Shown here: piece after piece, positions 22,881-36,338 of the stretch
How positions within the stretch are numbered: the first letter of the stretch is position 1
Layout: every line of letters starts with the position of its first letter
Source: Blepharisma stoltei ATCC 30299
Taxonomy: Eukaryota; Protista; Ciliophora
Direction: 5' to 3'
Assembly: GCA_965603825.1 (NCBI GenBank)
Contig: CBFDEM010000050.1
Span: 186,001-250,000, forward strand
DNA: 64,000 nucleotides
The notes under the pieces: model-generated
Databases searched by the model: none
Seen by the model: the letters and a program-made list of their open reading frames with translations, nothing else
Told to the model about the DNA's origin: nothing
Position numbers and translations under genes: made by a program

Positions 22881-24005
22881 ATGGAAAATCAAAGACGATT
22901 TTTGCAGCTTGGCCAACGAAGAAAAGATAAGCTAAGACAAGTCCTTGAACATCAGTATGGCGAAGAGGTACTTTTAAATTAGAAAATCCTCATAATCGAA
23001 AAAGCAATGGCTAATGTAGATCAGCTTTTCGACCAAGGCCTCTCATTTACAGAAATCCTTCATCAATTGCAAAACAAAATCAATCAAGAAACTTCCAATT
23101 CTCCACAAAAATTCCCAGCTGAAAATAGAGCTTCAGTGTATAACCAGCAGCAACGGGTTTATAATGATGAAAGAAAAATCCATAACGATTATCCACCCAT
23201 CAATAAATCCTACTTCAATCACCAACAGAATCAGGAGCTCGCTAGCAATAACTCTTTTGTCCTCCCTAGAGGAAGAAATAATTTTGATAAACAAAGCTCT
23301 GAACGGTCTTTAAGTGAATGGGACGAATACGACGAAATGCGAAGCAGATTTGAGCTAGAATTTAAAGGAGTTTCTAAAAATTTCGAAGAAATACAGAAAA
23401 AAATTGTTCCTGCTGTTTCTCCATTTGAATACAAAGCTAAGCAAGACGAGCTTAAAGCTCTCGAAGCTATGAAAATAGGCCAAGCGTTTTATAAAGAAAA
23501 AGAAATTTATGACAAAATGCATCATAAACAAGTTCTCACAGAAAACAGAGAGGCACTGCTGAAGCAGATGAGAGAAAAACAAGAAATGATGAATAAACAA
23601 ATGGAAGAAGATAAAATATATGGAATGTCTCTTGCGGAACGAAAGAAGCGAGGAGAGCTGAACCAAATGTATGACAAGATGAGAAATAGAGAGAAACAAC
23701 GAGAATATTATGTTGCGTTAAAAAATCAAGTCGATAACAAAGAAATAGAGAAAAAAAAATTTGATGCTTTGAAAGAGGAACTTAGAAAAGTTCATATGTC
23801 TAACCCAGAAATCGGGATCAGGAACCTAAATCCTATAGTAAAAGATATCAGTCAAGTGAACAATCATTATTCGCCAATCAAAGGAATCAACGATAGCTTT
23901 CGGTACAATCCTGCCTCAAATTACTCCTTTTCGACTGAAAGGAGCGCAACACCTGGCCGCAGTGGATATCTGGCTCATTATGGAAGCCATGTCTTACATA
24001 ATTAA
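22881..24005 (+). CDS. Hypothetical coiled-coil protein, 369 aa; intron 22968-22982
   Basis: ATG 22881 joins the 332-aa track ORF through a consensus 15-nt intron. Confidence 0.75.
22968..22982 (+). other. 15-nt intron GTACTTTTAAATTAG
   Basis: Consensus intron with in-frame TAG; coding-like sequence on both sides. Confidence 0.78.
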
Positions 24006-24024
24006 TTTTGCAAATAAATAGAAA

Positions 24025-25398
24025 TTAAGCTACAATTCTTTTTCTTGACAAGCTAGCAAGGCCAATTGCAAAAGCCTGGAACATCGAAAGAGGGGATCGA
24101 TAATCCAAATGGAAATTTTCTGTGGAAATTTTCCCAAACATAAAATAAATTGTGTCTGGGTCGTCTGGCATAACGAGCTGAAAATTTTTAGCACTAGCCC
24201 TTGAGACTCTTCCATAAAAATTAAGTGTGTAGCATTCAGCTCTTTCATTCCATCTTGGAGGCACATTATTTAGTGTCACTTCTTCTTTGTTTTCTTCATC
24301 TCATAGTTTGACTTCTAAACTTCTTGGTGTATCTCCCAATATATTTGATTCGTATTTGACTTTTAATTTTTCTTCTCGCAGTTTGATGAATCCTTGAGGA
24401 AATCTATTGGCAATTTTATCTTTGACTCCATGGTCAAAGAGTGTGAAATCGTTTCCTCAAAAATTGTTTACCATAATTCCAATATATTCGTCGCTGAATT
24501 GCTCAGATGGTGATTTGCAGATTATGATATCTCCTGAGTCGCTATGCCTCTCAGCGTAAAGCATTAATGCATTATCGTGTTCTCTAACTAGTCTAAATGT
24601 GTGTGGATAATCACTACCTGTGAAGCCCTCTTCTGAGCGAGTTCTTTCGATCCTCATCAGATTGTACATATTTTGAACAGTATGAAAAACATGCCTATTG
24701 CTTAGACTTTCCTGAGCTTTATAAGAAAAAATTTCAAGCGATACTTTTTGATTCTTTCCATCTTTGGTATAGATTAAAAAAGGAGACTCATATGTTAAAT
24801 TTTTGTCGTCTTTGAAAGCTTTTGGCAGAGACATTTCTCCAAATCTAGCAAGTAATAAAATTCGAGTATAAATATAGCATTTTTCAAGCAAAATTTCATT
24901 TTTTATTTGAGAGGCAATTGATATTACTTCGACAAGATTGGAAGGATTGAGATATTTTGATATATATTCAACTATCTGATCTTCAAGTTGTTGAACTTTA
25001 ATAAAGCTTGCTGTAACGACTAAAGAAAGCATCGTTTTAGGCTGGATGTCGAAAAGATTGAAGTTCTGATGGTCTAAATAATCCAGGCAGGTTAAAGTAG
25101 ACTCAATGCTTACTTGGTTTTTTCTTGACGTCAGTTTTATCTAGATAATCTTTACTTCTATCGCTTTATTTCTTTGTAAAATATTTTTATCTTTTATCAA
25201 TATTTCTTTGAAAAAATTGCTTCTAGCAAGTATTTTAGCTTTAACTCTGACGTTGAAATCTTCGACATAAGTAAGCATGTCTAAGTAAAACATACTGTAT
25301 TGTGGGCCTTCTTGCTCAGGAGGATTTAAATTGGGATGAATTGATCTTAGCATGACTTCGACCTTTTTCTCACAATTTTCAGGATCAACTCGTTCCAT
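24025..25398 (-). CDS. BTB/BACK-like plus C-terminal Tubby domain protein, 452 aa; intron 25141-25155; TGA(Trp) at 24457 and 24301
   Basis: Tubby: NNFWGNDFTLFDHG, YESNILGDTPR, PPRWNE..CYTLNFYGRVSRASAKNFQL..FGK..FHLDYRSPLSMFQAFAI. The N-terminus follows the BTB pattern. Confidence 0.88.
25141..25155 (-). other. 15-nt intron GTAAAGATTATCTAG
   Basis: Consensus intron; removes an in-frame TAG inside the BTB-like domain. Confidence 0.85.
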
Positions 25399-25885
25399 AT
25401 TTTATAAATCTTTTAATGTTAAAAAACGAATAATTAGTAATTAATTTCAGATGATTTACCACTTTTCAATTATATATCTTTTAAAGAGTTCATTATATAA
25501 GTTTATTAAATATTAGAATTTCGCAAAATGAAATAAAGAGAAGTTTCATTCAGCTATTTGAAAGATAAATTCATTTTTCACATCTAAATTGGTAGCATTA
25601 GTTAAATAATCAAGAATGAGATTTGTGATATATTAATCATATATCTATTTCATTTTTAGCCTTGCTTTACTATTAAGGTCTTATAAAATATCAATTTCTG
25701 CTTTTGATTCAATTCTTTCATAGATTAATATCTCATAAAAAATAATTCACTATATAATTTGTTTATAAGCAGAGCCAATTTTTTTCATAAAACACGTAAT
25801 AAAGGCCAAGCTTACCTAACTATAAAGAACTTGCTGCATTATCTCAGTTATCCGATCTATTGTGATAATTTTATAATCTCTAAAA

Positions 25886-28820
25886 ATGTCAATCGAGTGG
25901 CTTAATGACAGAGAAGATAAGCTTCACGAAGACGAATTCGTAACAATCTAAACAGATAGCCGACGAACTTGGCTTTGACACTATTCACGACGAAGACGCT
26001 AAATCAGACACCTTTAGAAATGTGATGCTTTCCTCAATTCGCATAAGAACAGCTGAAGTCAAAGCGGTCGCCATTTCAATGAAAGCAATATACGTGATAA
26101 CAACAGACAAGCAAGCCCTCAGGTGGACTTTCCAAGAAGAGGAACGCTTAAAAGAAGCCAATCGTGACAGCATGACCGAATTAATTATCAGGGTGACGAA
26201 TTTACAATTGGAAAATGTTTTTTGCGACCCGACTGGATGGCATTGTTTGGTGACTATGAGTAGTGGCGACACCCATTATTTCCACTTGACCTCGACTTCT
26301 TCTGTATTTATACACAAGCTTCATAGCTTTAATATTGAAAGTGTTGCTTGGAGTGGACAAACTGAGTATTATCAAACTCGAGAAATCCTGCTCGGCACTC
26401 GCAATGGAGTTATTTTAGAAATGAGCTTGGAATTTGACCAGACAACTGAAACTATTAAGCAGCATCAGTTTTCAAGGGTCATTGAGCTGCCTGGAGGTCC
26501 TTGTATAAGTGGGATATTATATGAAATGATTCCAGGAATGCCTGCTAAATATAGCGTGATGGCTGCAACGGTGAATTGCTTGTTTCAGTTTATAGGAGAT
26601 GCCAATGAACAAAGAAGGCCAGATTTTCCAAAATTATTTGAAAAATATAGAACGAACCCAACCTTGCTTCAGTCCTGCACGCATGAAGTAGGAGGCTCTC
26701 TTAAAAAAAGCCAGCTGCAGTACTATTATACAAGAGGGAGAGCTGATGGTTTTGCCTGGATGTCTGGGTCAGGGCTGATGTATGGGAAACTCGCCACAAA
26801 CACAAGTGAAGAAATTTTCGTGACTACAATGAAGCCTGTCCCATTCCCAGCCAGAGGTAATGACAAAGTTATAGGCATCGGCATGACTGCTTATCATGTT
26901 TATTTCTTATTCAGCAATGCTCTGCTATGTGTTTCTAAGCTAAACCAGCAAGTAGTCCATACAATTGATTTTGAAATGAGGCCAGGCTACGAAATGCAAG
27001 GGATCATGTTTGACGCACAAACTCACTCATTATTTGCTTGGAGTAATAAATTTATTTACCAAATCCTAATTGATAATGAAGACAGAGATGTCTGGAAATA
27101 TTATATTGAGCAAAACCGACATGAGGAAGCTGTAAAATTCTGTGAGAGGACTGACTCACCATTTTTACCAAAAGTTAAAGGCCTTTATGCAGACTTTTTA
27201 TTCCATGAAGGAAAAACACTTTTGGCCGCTGATTCTTATGCACAAAGTGATAGGACTTTTGAAGAAATCGCATTAAAATTGATGAGCGATACCCCTGCTT
27301 TGCAAAGATTTTTAGAAGCTAAACTGAATCGTATGGGGAGTGATATGAAGGCACAGAGGACTTTGTTGAGCACTTGGCTTGTGGAAATCCATTTACATAA
27401 CATAAATGCACTGCTTATGATAGAAGAGGACTCTTCTAAAAATGCTCAAGAGGACCTCAGAACATTTTTGTCATTACACCATCAAGATTTAGATGCAACA
27501 ACCACTTATGATTTATTGCAAAGCCATGGACGAATTGAAGACTGGGTTTATTTCGCTGAGCTAAAAGGAAACTTTGAGCTTGTCATGCTTCATCATATGA
27601 ATCAGCAAGAATTTAAAAAAGCTTTAATGAAGCTTGAGCATGCTGAGCCAACCTTTAAAGAGCCATTATTATACCGATACTCGCCAGTATTCATGAAAAA
27701 CGAGCCCAAAAAAACAGTAGATCTCTTAATAGAGTTAGCAAGAGAAAGAGGCAAAGCTTTTGAGGCTAAAAAACTACTGCCTGCCTTGATGAATGTAGAA
27801 AAGCTATATAGAGAGCAAGCTATTCGTTTTGAAGTTTTTTGCATTAATGAATTACAAGTCAGAGAAAAATCCCTACACAATTTGCTGATTTTCCATTTAG
27901 CTGAAAGTGATGAAGAAGCATTGTTGGAGTATTTCCAGAAACAAGAAGAACAAAGTGAGCTTGACTTTGACCCTGAATATGCGCTATCAGTATGCAAACA
28001 AAGTAGTAGGATTGAAGCTTTAATTTTCTTGTACAGTCTGCTCAAGATGTATAGTGAAGCGGTTTCTATTGCTTTAGAAAACAATAAATTGCAGCTTGCC
28101 AAAGAAAACGCTCAAAAACCTGAACGACAGGACGAAGATTTGTCTAGGAGACTGTGGCTTCAAATTGCAATCCATTTAATCAAGATTTCTGATGTGAAAG
28201 CTGCATTAGAAGTGATGCATGAAAGCAAACTCATAAAGATGGAAGATTTATTGCCATATTTTGACGAATCAGTCAGCATTTCTAACTTTAAAGAAGATAT
28301 TTGTAAAGCTTTAGAAGGATACAAAGAAAAAATTGACGAATTGAAAACAGAGCTGGACGAGTCAAGCAGCTCTTCACAGCAAATCAAAAAGGAGCTGCAT
28401 ATGGTTAAACAAAGGTTTATTGAAATAGAAGGACTTCAACCTTGTGATATCTGTGGCAAAGCTGCAATGAAGAGGAATTTTTACATCTACCCTTGTGCCC
28501 ATGCGTTTCATAAAGACTGTTTGCTCGACACATTGCTGCCAATATTAAAAATTAAAGACTATATTAGAGCTAACAGAATTCAAACAATTCTTGAAAGCAT
28601 AAGCGATATAGAAGGAACTTTAAGCCAGTCATCAAGACCAAGCAAACTAAAAAGGTCAGAAGAGCAAAAAGATCAGCATAATAATCTTAAAGATTTAAAT
28701 GAAAGACTAGATCAGATGCTTGCACCTCACTGTTATTTATGTGGAGCACTATTTATTGAAAGCATTAGGGATAATATGTTAGAAGATGCTTATGAAATTG
28801 ATAGCTGGACTATTAATTAG
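25886..28820 (+). CDS. VPS18: Vacuolar protein sorting 18 (Pep3; HOPS/CORVET), 972 aa; intron 25940-25955
   Basis: FCDPTGWHCLV, IESVAW, ILLGT, EDRDVWKYY, FEEIALK, LSTWLVE, RLWLQIA, KMEDLLPYF, C-terminal RING-H2. Confidence 0.95.
25940..25955 (+). other. 16-nt intron GTAACAATCTAAACAG
   Basis: Links ATG 25886 in frame to the VPS18 ORF, which the track starts at a GTG. Confidence 0.82.
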
Positions 28821-28828
28821 GTAATTAT

Positions 28829-31800
28829 TTACTCGGATAAGTCTGTTTTTAGTTTCTTATGTGGAGCAAATTTAAAAATTTTGTGTTTTTTGAGCAGTTT
28901 GGTTTTGATCTTGCGTTTTTCTTTGAGTTTTGCAGCTACTTCAGGGTTTGTGACTGCCATTAGCTTGGATTTTGATTTGCGCTCTTCTCTGAGAGTGTTT
29001 AGGAGGTTTCTTGTGTTTGTGTAGGCGTCAACGAATTCTTCTTGAGAGAGCTCTTTATGGAGAGTTTGGAAAATTTCATTTGCTAAGTCTTTGATTGTGG
29101 TAGAAGGAGAGCGTTCAGAGGCAATTATCAAGGCTTTGAATAGAGATGTTTGGTCATATTGCTTAGATGAAATATAGAATAGTAAGCATCTCAGTAGCGA
29201 TTCAACTCTGGAATCTTCAATATTTCTGCCAATTAATTTTCTTACTATTGTTGATAATTTCTTAGATGCTAATAATGGGTTGGCTTTCGAGAAAAGTGCA
29301 AAAATCCCTTGTTTGAAGGTTCCATTTATTATTCCACTCGTCCCAATTTTAAGTAGCTCCGTATCGCACTCATTCAGAGGCTCAAAAAGCTCAGGCTTTA
29401 AATCTACCCCTAATTCTAGATGCTTAACTATCATTTCTCTATATCTTGCTAAATACTTTTTCGATTTATATTTGCCTAGCCAGCAATTCAAAAATTCAAG
29501 GTTCTCTACCCAATTGTCTTCTGATTCCAATACTTTAGAAAGTATATCATTTTTAATGAAATCATCAGAAATAATCTTTTCATTTACACACATTATTACA
29601 AAATTGATAGCTGTTTTTCTGACTGATTCATTTTTGTGAGTGACCCATGATGCGATTTGTTTAATAATTGGGGAATTTTGGTTCTTTTTAGCTGTTTTTG
29701 AGAGCAAGGTGAAATAAGATTTCTTCATATCGTCAGAGTCTTCATTAGAAATTGCTGTAAATATTGCTAGCAATAAAAAGTCAAAATGCTCTTTAAGTTC
29801 TTCATATGGAAGCTTCTCAAGAATTGTATCGATGGCAGTCATTATGCTTTTATTTGCATTGTGGATTGTTGTTCCGAGGTTCTTTATTAAGAAATCCAAA
29901 TGATACTGCTTCCTTTTGTCTGATAAAGGATAGTTTAGCAAGAAGTCTACATATAAACTTGTAGCCTGGGTAGATAGCTTAGGATTACTGAGTAAAATCT
30001 GTGGGACTTCTTCAAAACAATCGTAAACAGAAGGATCCATAATTCTTTTCAATACAAAAACTCTGAGGAGCTTTAAAGCTGAACTTTGCACCTCATAAGA
30101 ATGAAGAGCCAATAACACTTGTGGCAAAAGTAAAGGTGCAAGGCTTTCAATATCTGCCCGAGATTTAATTAATGAAGAAATCGTTTTCATAGCTTGGATA
30201 GTCACTTGTTCCCCAGCTCTTTCAGAGATTTCAAGAATTTTCTCAATGACAGAAGAATCCGCAAACATTTTGAGTATTTCTAAAGCTCCAGCAACTACTT
30301 CATCTTTCTTAACAGACAAGTTATTAATTGCAGTTTCTTTGCATTGTTTTGCCAATTCTTCATCAATGCCTTCTTTAGATCTTTTTATTCCTAATTTCAG
30401 CAGCCTCATCCCAAATACTTTGTCAGCTCCAACATTCACTTTTTTGACCTCATTTACAGGTCTGCTGCCTTTCGCAGCTCCATCTTGAACTGCAAAGGTT
30501 TGAAGCTTCCTTGAAATCTTAGGATTTTCTTCTTGTTTTGCTTGGATATTTCGATTTAAAAGAATCAAAGCTAACGAAATCAAATCTTCTGGGGTTATTT
30601 TTTCGTTTTCGGCAAGACCTTGAGCTATATATTGAAGAGGCTTTGTTGATGCCAATATTTGCCCTAAATGTTCAGGCTTAATGAATTTCCCTAAATAATA
30701 AAAAGTCTGATATTGCTCATACTCTAATAAAGTCTTCACAGCTTTATCAAGGTATTTGTCAGAAATTTCAAGCAGTCCTGATGGAAGAATTTTAGTTAAA
30801 AAGTGAGCAAATAACTCTGCCTCTAAAAATTGGTTGAATTCTTTGACAATTTTATTATGTGTGCTTTTAGTTTTTAAAAGCTCCAAGACACTGCTGATTA
30901 CGGACTCTTTAGTTCCATCATCTTTATTTTTATAATGTCTAGCTAGCATAGACAGCAGTCTATAGAATTCTGAATTGCCTTCATCTTTGCTCTGAGTAGA
31001 AATAATAGAATACATCGCGCAAACGACATATTTCCTGACTTTTGGTCTTCATGAGTCTTTCTGATCACACATATGCATTTTTAACACTGGCAAAACTTTC
31101 GACTTCAGGGTATTATAAGCAGATTCATCAAGATCGTCTGGGATATTTGCTAAAATTCCTGCGATCGCCTTAGTTGCAAGTTTTTCTTCTTCTTCAAGCT
31201 TTTTCAAGTAAACTTTAAGCAGTTTGTGGTATTCTCTTCATGATATCTGCTTGGCAAACGCTGCAAGAGACTGTATTAACTGATAAATAAAATTAGATTG
31301 GTAGTTACTTTTGCTGGAAGAGTATAAAAGATAGAAATTTATGAGAGGGATAAAAAGTTTTGTGATGTATTGCTTCGGAAATTCCATAGTTAAAATTGCG
31401 CTGAGTGCTCGAGCTCTTCTGTGTATTTGAAGATGCCCTAAGCTTAGTAATAAGCTTCTTTCTTCATCCTTAGTATGAGACAGTGATTTTATATCAGAGT
31501 CTATAGAGTTCCATACTTGTAAAATTCCTCTAACATGCTCTTCATCTTTAGCTTTCTTCAGATAAATCGATAAACATGACTCTACCTGCTTGATTTTTGT
31601 TTTCCCTAAATGAATAAATGCTTTTATGCATGCAGATCTCAGACCTAAGTCGCCCACAATGAGAAACTGCCCAAGAGTATTAATGACAGCTGGCAAAAAC
31701 TCCTCTTCAATTTCACATTCAGAAATTTTGAAAATCCCATTAAGCTGGGTTTCATATTCAGCTTCTTCTTCGAGTCCTTTTCTTTTTGTTGCACTTAAAT

Positions 31801-34800
31801 CTTTTAAAATCTCTCCAGCGACTCCTGAAATGCATTGACCTAGTAAACTAGTCAATTCAGGCCGCTTCAGGACTAACTCAGTTAATAGTTTTGTTGGCAA
31901 TGCTTCAGCATATGGAATTCATTGTGATAATAAATTGACTAATTCAGGCTTTTTGAAACAAAAAGGGATCAATTTTTCAATCAATGGAGAAACCTTAGAT
32001 GATGGAGTGATTTTGTGGAAAATCAAAGATAGATTTCCAGTTAAGCCTACTCGCTCCAAGGCAGAGATCAACGAATGTGGGTCGATTTCTATTTCTGGAG
32101 TAATAAGAGAAGCTAAAACTTCAAGAGTTTTGTGAATATGCTGGGCTTCAGCTTTTGGGTTCGTCAACAAATTCGTGCAAGCAGTAATCAAAACTTGATT
32201 TGTCCGTGTTTGTGGATAATTGTTCAATAATATATGAAGTGTTTCTATATATTTCGGTCTCAAGTCATGAGCAAATGTATCCAAAGCAGGTGAAATAAGT
32301 TCAATAGTCCTCTCCAAGCAGTTTTCAGAGCACACATATTTAGAAATAATCAAATTTAAGCACCCCAATGATTTAGTCAGCACTTCTCTTTTGTCCTCTG
32401 TTCTTGCCCAATTACAGGTTTGAATTAAAAATAAAACAGCGTCTTCTTTATCATCAATACACTCTGAGACGTAATTTATTATTTTTTTGTAGCTTTTAAA
32501 GACATTCAGGATAAGCTTATGAGGAAGAATTTCCAAAACATTGAAGTGGCTTGTTTTCAATTTAAAAGGCAAAAGCTCCAGCAAGTACCCAAATGTAGGG
32601 AGCCCAGAGATATAGATAAATGCAGACTTATTGTATTGGCTTGTCGAAAATCCTCTTCCTGCACACAGAGCAATGCATATGTTTGAGGCAGCAATTGGCT
32701 TTATGAGTGCTGCGTCTCTAAAGGTTGCATCTTTTGCTAGATTTCTTAAAAGCTCAGAGTCTGTTCTTAATGCTGGAAACAAAGAAATCAAGCATTCTAC
32801 TGCTAAAACTCTTATATTTTCTTTCTTTTTCGTGCATAAGCCAATAAGAATTTTTTCAATGTCTTCTGCATGCGAAAGGTTTATTGCATTTCTTTGTTCT
32901 TTCAAAGCTTTCAAAAAGCATGGCAGCTTTCTCTTCGCTTCTGATCCTTGTTCAGGAGCTTTTGGAGCCATATATCCAGGTATCCAACTTATTTTTGCAT
33001 AGTCCTCATTTATGAATTTTAAAAATACATCTATAAATTCATTCAGATTAGAATGAAGAGCTTTAGGACAGGCTGCTAAAACTTCACAAAGGTTAATAAA
33101 ATAATGTGTGTTGGGAGTTGAGTCTCGAAATGAGTTATATTTTTCATAGTATGGAGGGTATTCACTTCTCTCAGGCAATGTGAGTAATAAAGGATATAAA
33201 TTCCCCCAAAGCAAATCTGGATAGGATTTTCCTAAAACCGATAGCGAATGAGTGATGTGAGTCCATAATGGAGAGTATCGATCCCAAAACATGCCTAATA
33301 GGAATAGACAGACTCCTTCAGGGTCCTCAGAAATTAAATGCTCGATTCTTTTTAAATTTGTAACTTTTCCTTTTTCTGTCTCAATTGTAGGGCTGTCTTG
33401 GGTAATTAGCCAAGCTAAATTCATAGCTTGGCTGGTGTGGCAGAGTAGCTGGGCAGCTGGAATTCTTAACGTAGGGTGTGTAAGATATTTATAAATAGGC
33501 TTCACATCTTTAACTTCTTTATTGAGTTCAGATGCAGCCCATAATATCTCTCCGTATATTTCATCATCAGAGATACTCTTATTGATTGAAAATATTTCTC
33601 TTAGAAGAAATTGATTTTTTGTATTAGAAAATGCTTGTGTATCAAAATCTGTTTCTGTTAATCTTGCCACTCTTAATCCAAGCCAAATCAAATCTTCATC
33701 ATTTTGAAGACTTATCCAATTCTTTAAATTATGAAGATTCCCTGACGATATATGATGATTCTTGAAAACTTTTAACAAGATTTCAAGGGCAAAAACTGCT
33801 TTGTCAGTCAGCAAAGCTTTATCTATAAGTTGGTAAATTTCATTTGAAAATTTTAATAAGTCAAGCTGAGGGTTGTGATTTGCGTATTTCTTTTTTAATA
33901 TTGATTCATGGATTTCTCTTTCTGGATGAGGGTCATTGAAGTCGACCAGAATACCGAAAGCCACTATAGCTTGCTCTGTGTCTTGTTGCAATATGAATGA
34001 AATTTCATCAATTAAAAATGTGTGATATTTTATGATATAAGCAAGGGTGTCAAATTTCTTACTGTCTTTACAGAATTGTATGGATTTTTCATGAAATGAT
34101 TTTGGAAAGCGATTTCCATTGCACAAAATTGCCCAATCTCTTAAAACTTCAAATGAGCTTGCTTTCGTGATGCTATCATATAAAGAGTCAATGTGCTTTT
34201 GCTCCAAAGCAAGTGCAAGATGAGCAAATTTGGCAGCTTCATAGCATTCCCAGCTGATTTCAAGAATTTCTTTACAATGAAATTCAGTGGCTGAGTACTT
34301 GATGATTTCCCATATGTTTGGACCACAATCTTTTAGTAAATCTCCAAGCACAACTGGCCCAGCTTTTTTCACCAAAAATGCAAAGCTTTGGGCTGCTAAA
34401 TGCCTTATCCCTTCATTTTTATGGTTAATCATAGGAATTGCCTTAAAGAGAACATCTCTTGGATTGAGTTCTTTAACCGAATATTTCATGCATATGGAAA
34501 GACAATTGAATATTTCTTCTAGTAAGTCAATTCTTTCGCATAACTTAATGAATATTGCAAGCAAATTATCAAAAAATTGGGCTAGCTCAAATCTAATTTC
34601 TCGAGCCAAAGCTTTGATTACTTGGAGACCAGAGTTTGGGCAGCCATCAATATTTTCTTCTATGACTTTTATGACTTTAGGGAGATTATAGATGAGCAAT
34701 GGCAGCGAATTGGCCAATGGCTGAATGGATTTACGGATTGTCTGGAATGCTGATGACTGGTCATACTCTCTGCCAAGATACTCACTAAGAGGAACTGGGT

Positions 34801-34888
34801 TTTCTTGTGATAAATTATTAAAGACGCTAACATCTGCTTGGTTAATTTGTTTTGTCCTGCTCTTGAATCGGAATCTATTTTCTTTCAT
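28829..34888 (-). CDS. UTP20: SSU processome component UTP20 (HEAT repeats), 2019 aa; TGA(Trp) at 31919, 31238, 31049
   Basis: N-terminal RFRFKS, SLPLLIYN, LAAQSFAFLVKK, HLQIHRRARAL, FLLNYPL..HLDFLIKNL, basic C-terminus; a single 6060-nt frame. Confidence 0.88.
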
Positions 34889-34982
34889 ATTGATCCCAAT
34901 TTATTATGTTAATTTAGGCTCATAAGATTAATAAAAGTTAAGTTCATAAAACTCCATAAATATTTGAATAATTTTTTTAACT

Positions 34983-35534
34983 ATGAGAGGACAAAAACTT
35001 AACCGAACACCAGAAAAATCCTTTACATTGAGACAAGAATATCTAAAAGATTCACCGTATTTCTCTCCCAATACATCTTGAAATCCGAAAAAAAAGGAAT
35101 ATAAATTCTTTTTAGATGCGACCCATAAACGAACTAAGATGCAATATAACAACGAAGTCCTTCAGACATATGTGCATGGAAACTGAAACATCAGAGGACA
35201 TAAATTGAAATCGATTATTAAAGATGATTGAAAAAGCAATACTCCTCAGGCAATTGGATCTATACACTTTAATTTAAGGAGAAAAAGCGTTGCGTACTCT
35301 CCATCACCTCCGGCAAAAGCACATACTAGAGCAAGCTCTGCTGATCCAAATGCTTTGGAAGATTTAGGGTGCTTTGATTATATTACTTATACGTTTCAGT
35401 CTCCTCAGCGAGCTGGAACTTCAAGTGCAAAACGAAGAAAGGTGTATCATAGAATATTTACTCCGACATCGCATATCACTTGCATTCCTTATTTACCCGA
35501 TCCTGGAACAAAATCGTTAGGACTCCAGACGTAA
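34983..35534 (+). CDS. Hypothetical protein, 183 aa, hidden by three TGA(Trp) codons (35079, 35184, 35229)
   Basis: ATG-to-TAA frame of 552 nt with no TAA/TAG, flanked by AT-rich spacers; not in the track. Confidence 0.75.
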
Positions 35535-35762
35535 ATCCGATATATCATTCTTATGTATTAAATATATTGATTAATTAAATAAATCTTTTATAATTGGTAT
35601 ATACCTGACAATAAATAAACAATTAAGCATTTTTGTTATTAAATGAATTTTTATGATAATATTTTAATTATTTTAATACTAAATTCACCCTTTAAAGAGC
35701 TATTCAAGCATAAAATGCGATAAAAAGAAATGAAAAAATCATTTTTTATGCAAATAAATTCA

Positions 35763-36296
35763 TTAATTACTTTTCATTCGAGTTAATTTGATTTCAGTAT
35801 TAATTCTTTTCATTCTCTCTTTTTTTAACCTTTCTTCAAGCTCTTTAATATAAATCTGAGCAGCTAGATCAGATTTCTTCGCCTTGGCTTTATTATTGAT
35901 TAATAATTTATTTAAATCGCCATGGCTTTGATTTTCTCCAATAACTTTTTTTATATCTTTTGGTTTTATTGGCGAACTTAAATTACGCCTCATTTTTTTA
36001 GGTGAAGATGACACACTTTTTCTGATTCTCACTAATGATTTCTGTGGACTAAAGCTGGGAGTACGATTTAAAGTGCGATCAGTCAATGCATGGTTTATGC
36101 TTTTGTTCTTTTCATTAAATGTTTTATAAATATTGGAATTTGAGTAATCATTTCCGTTTGGAAATAAGGGTCTATAAAGATCAAAATCTCTTGTAGAGAA
36201 AGTTCCCAAGGTATTATAAAATTGATAAGACCTTGACTGTTCTTGTTTCACTCTCTGCTGCCAAGCAAGATGCTCAGATTGATATGTAAGAGACAT
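35763..36296 (-). CDS. Hypothetical basic protein, 177 aa
   Basis: Intact ORF between AT-rich spacers; C-terminal coiled coil. Confidence 0.7.
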   Translation of the reverse strand: MSLTYQSEHLAWQQRVKQEQSRSYQFYNTLGTFSTRDFDLYRPLFPNGNDYSNSNIYKTFNEKNKSINHALTDRTLNRTPSFSPQKSLVRIRKSVSSSPKKMRRNLSSPIKPKDIKKVIGENQSHGDLNKLLINNKAKAKKSDLAAQIYIKELEERLKKERMKRINTEIKLTRMKSN

Positions 36297-36338
36297 AATT
36301 ATTTCTAAAATTAATGGTATGCATGAATAAGTCTTTTG

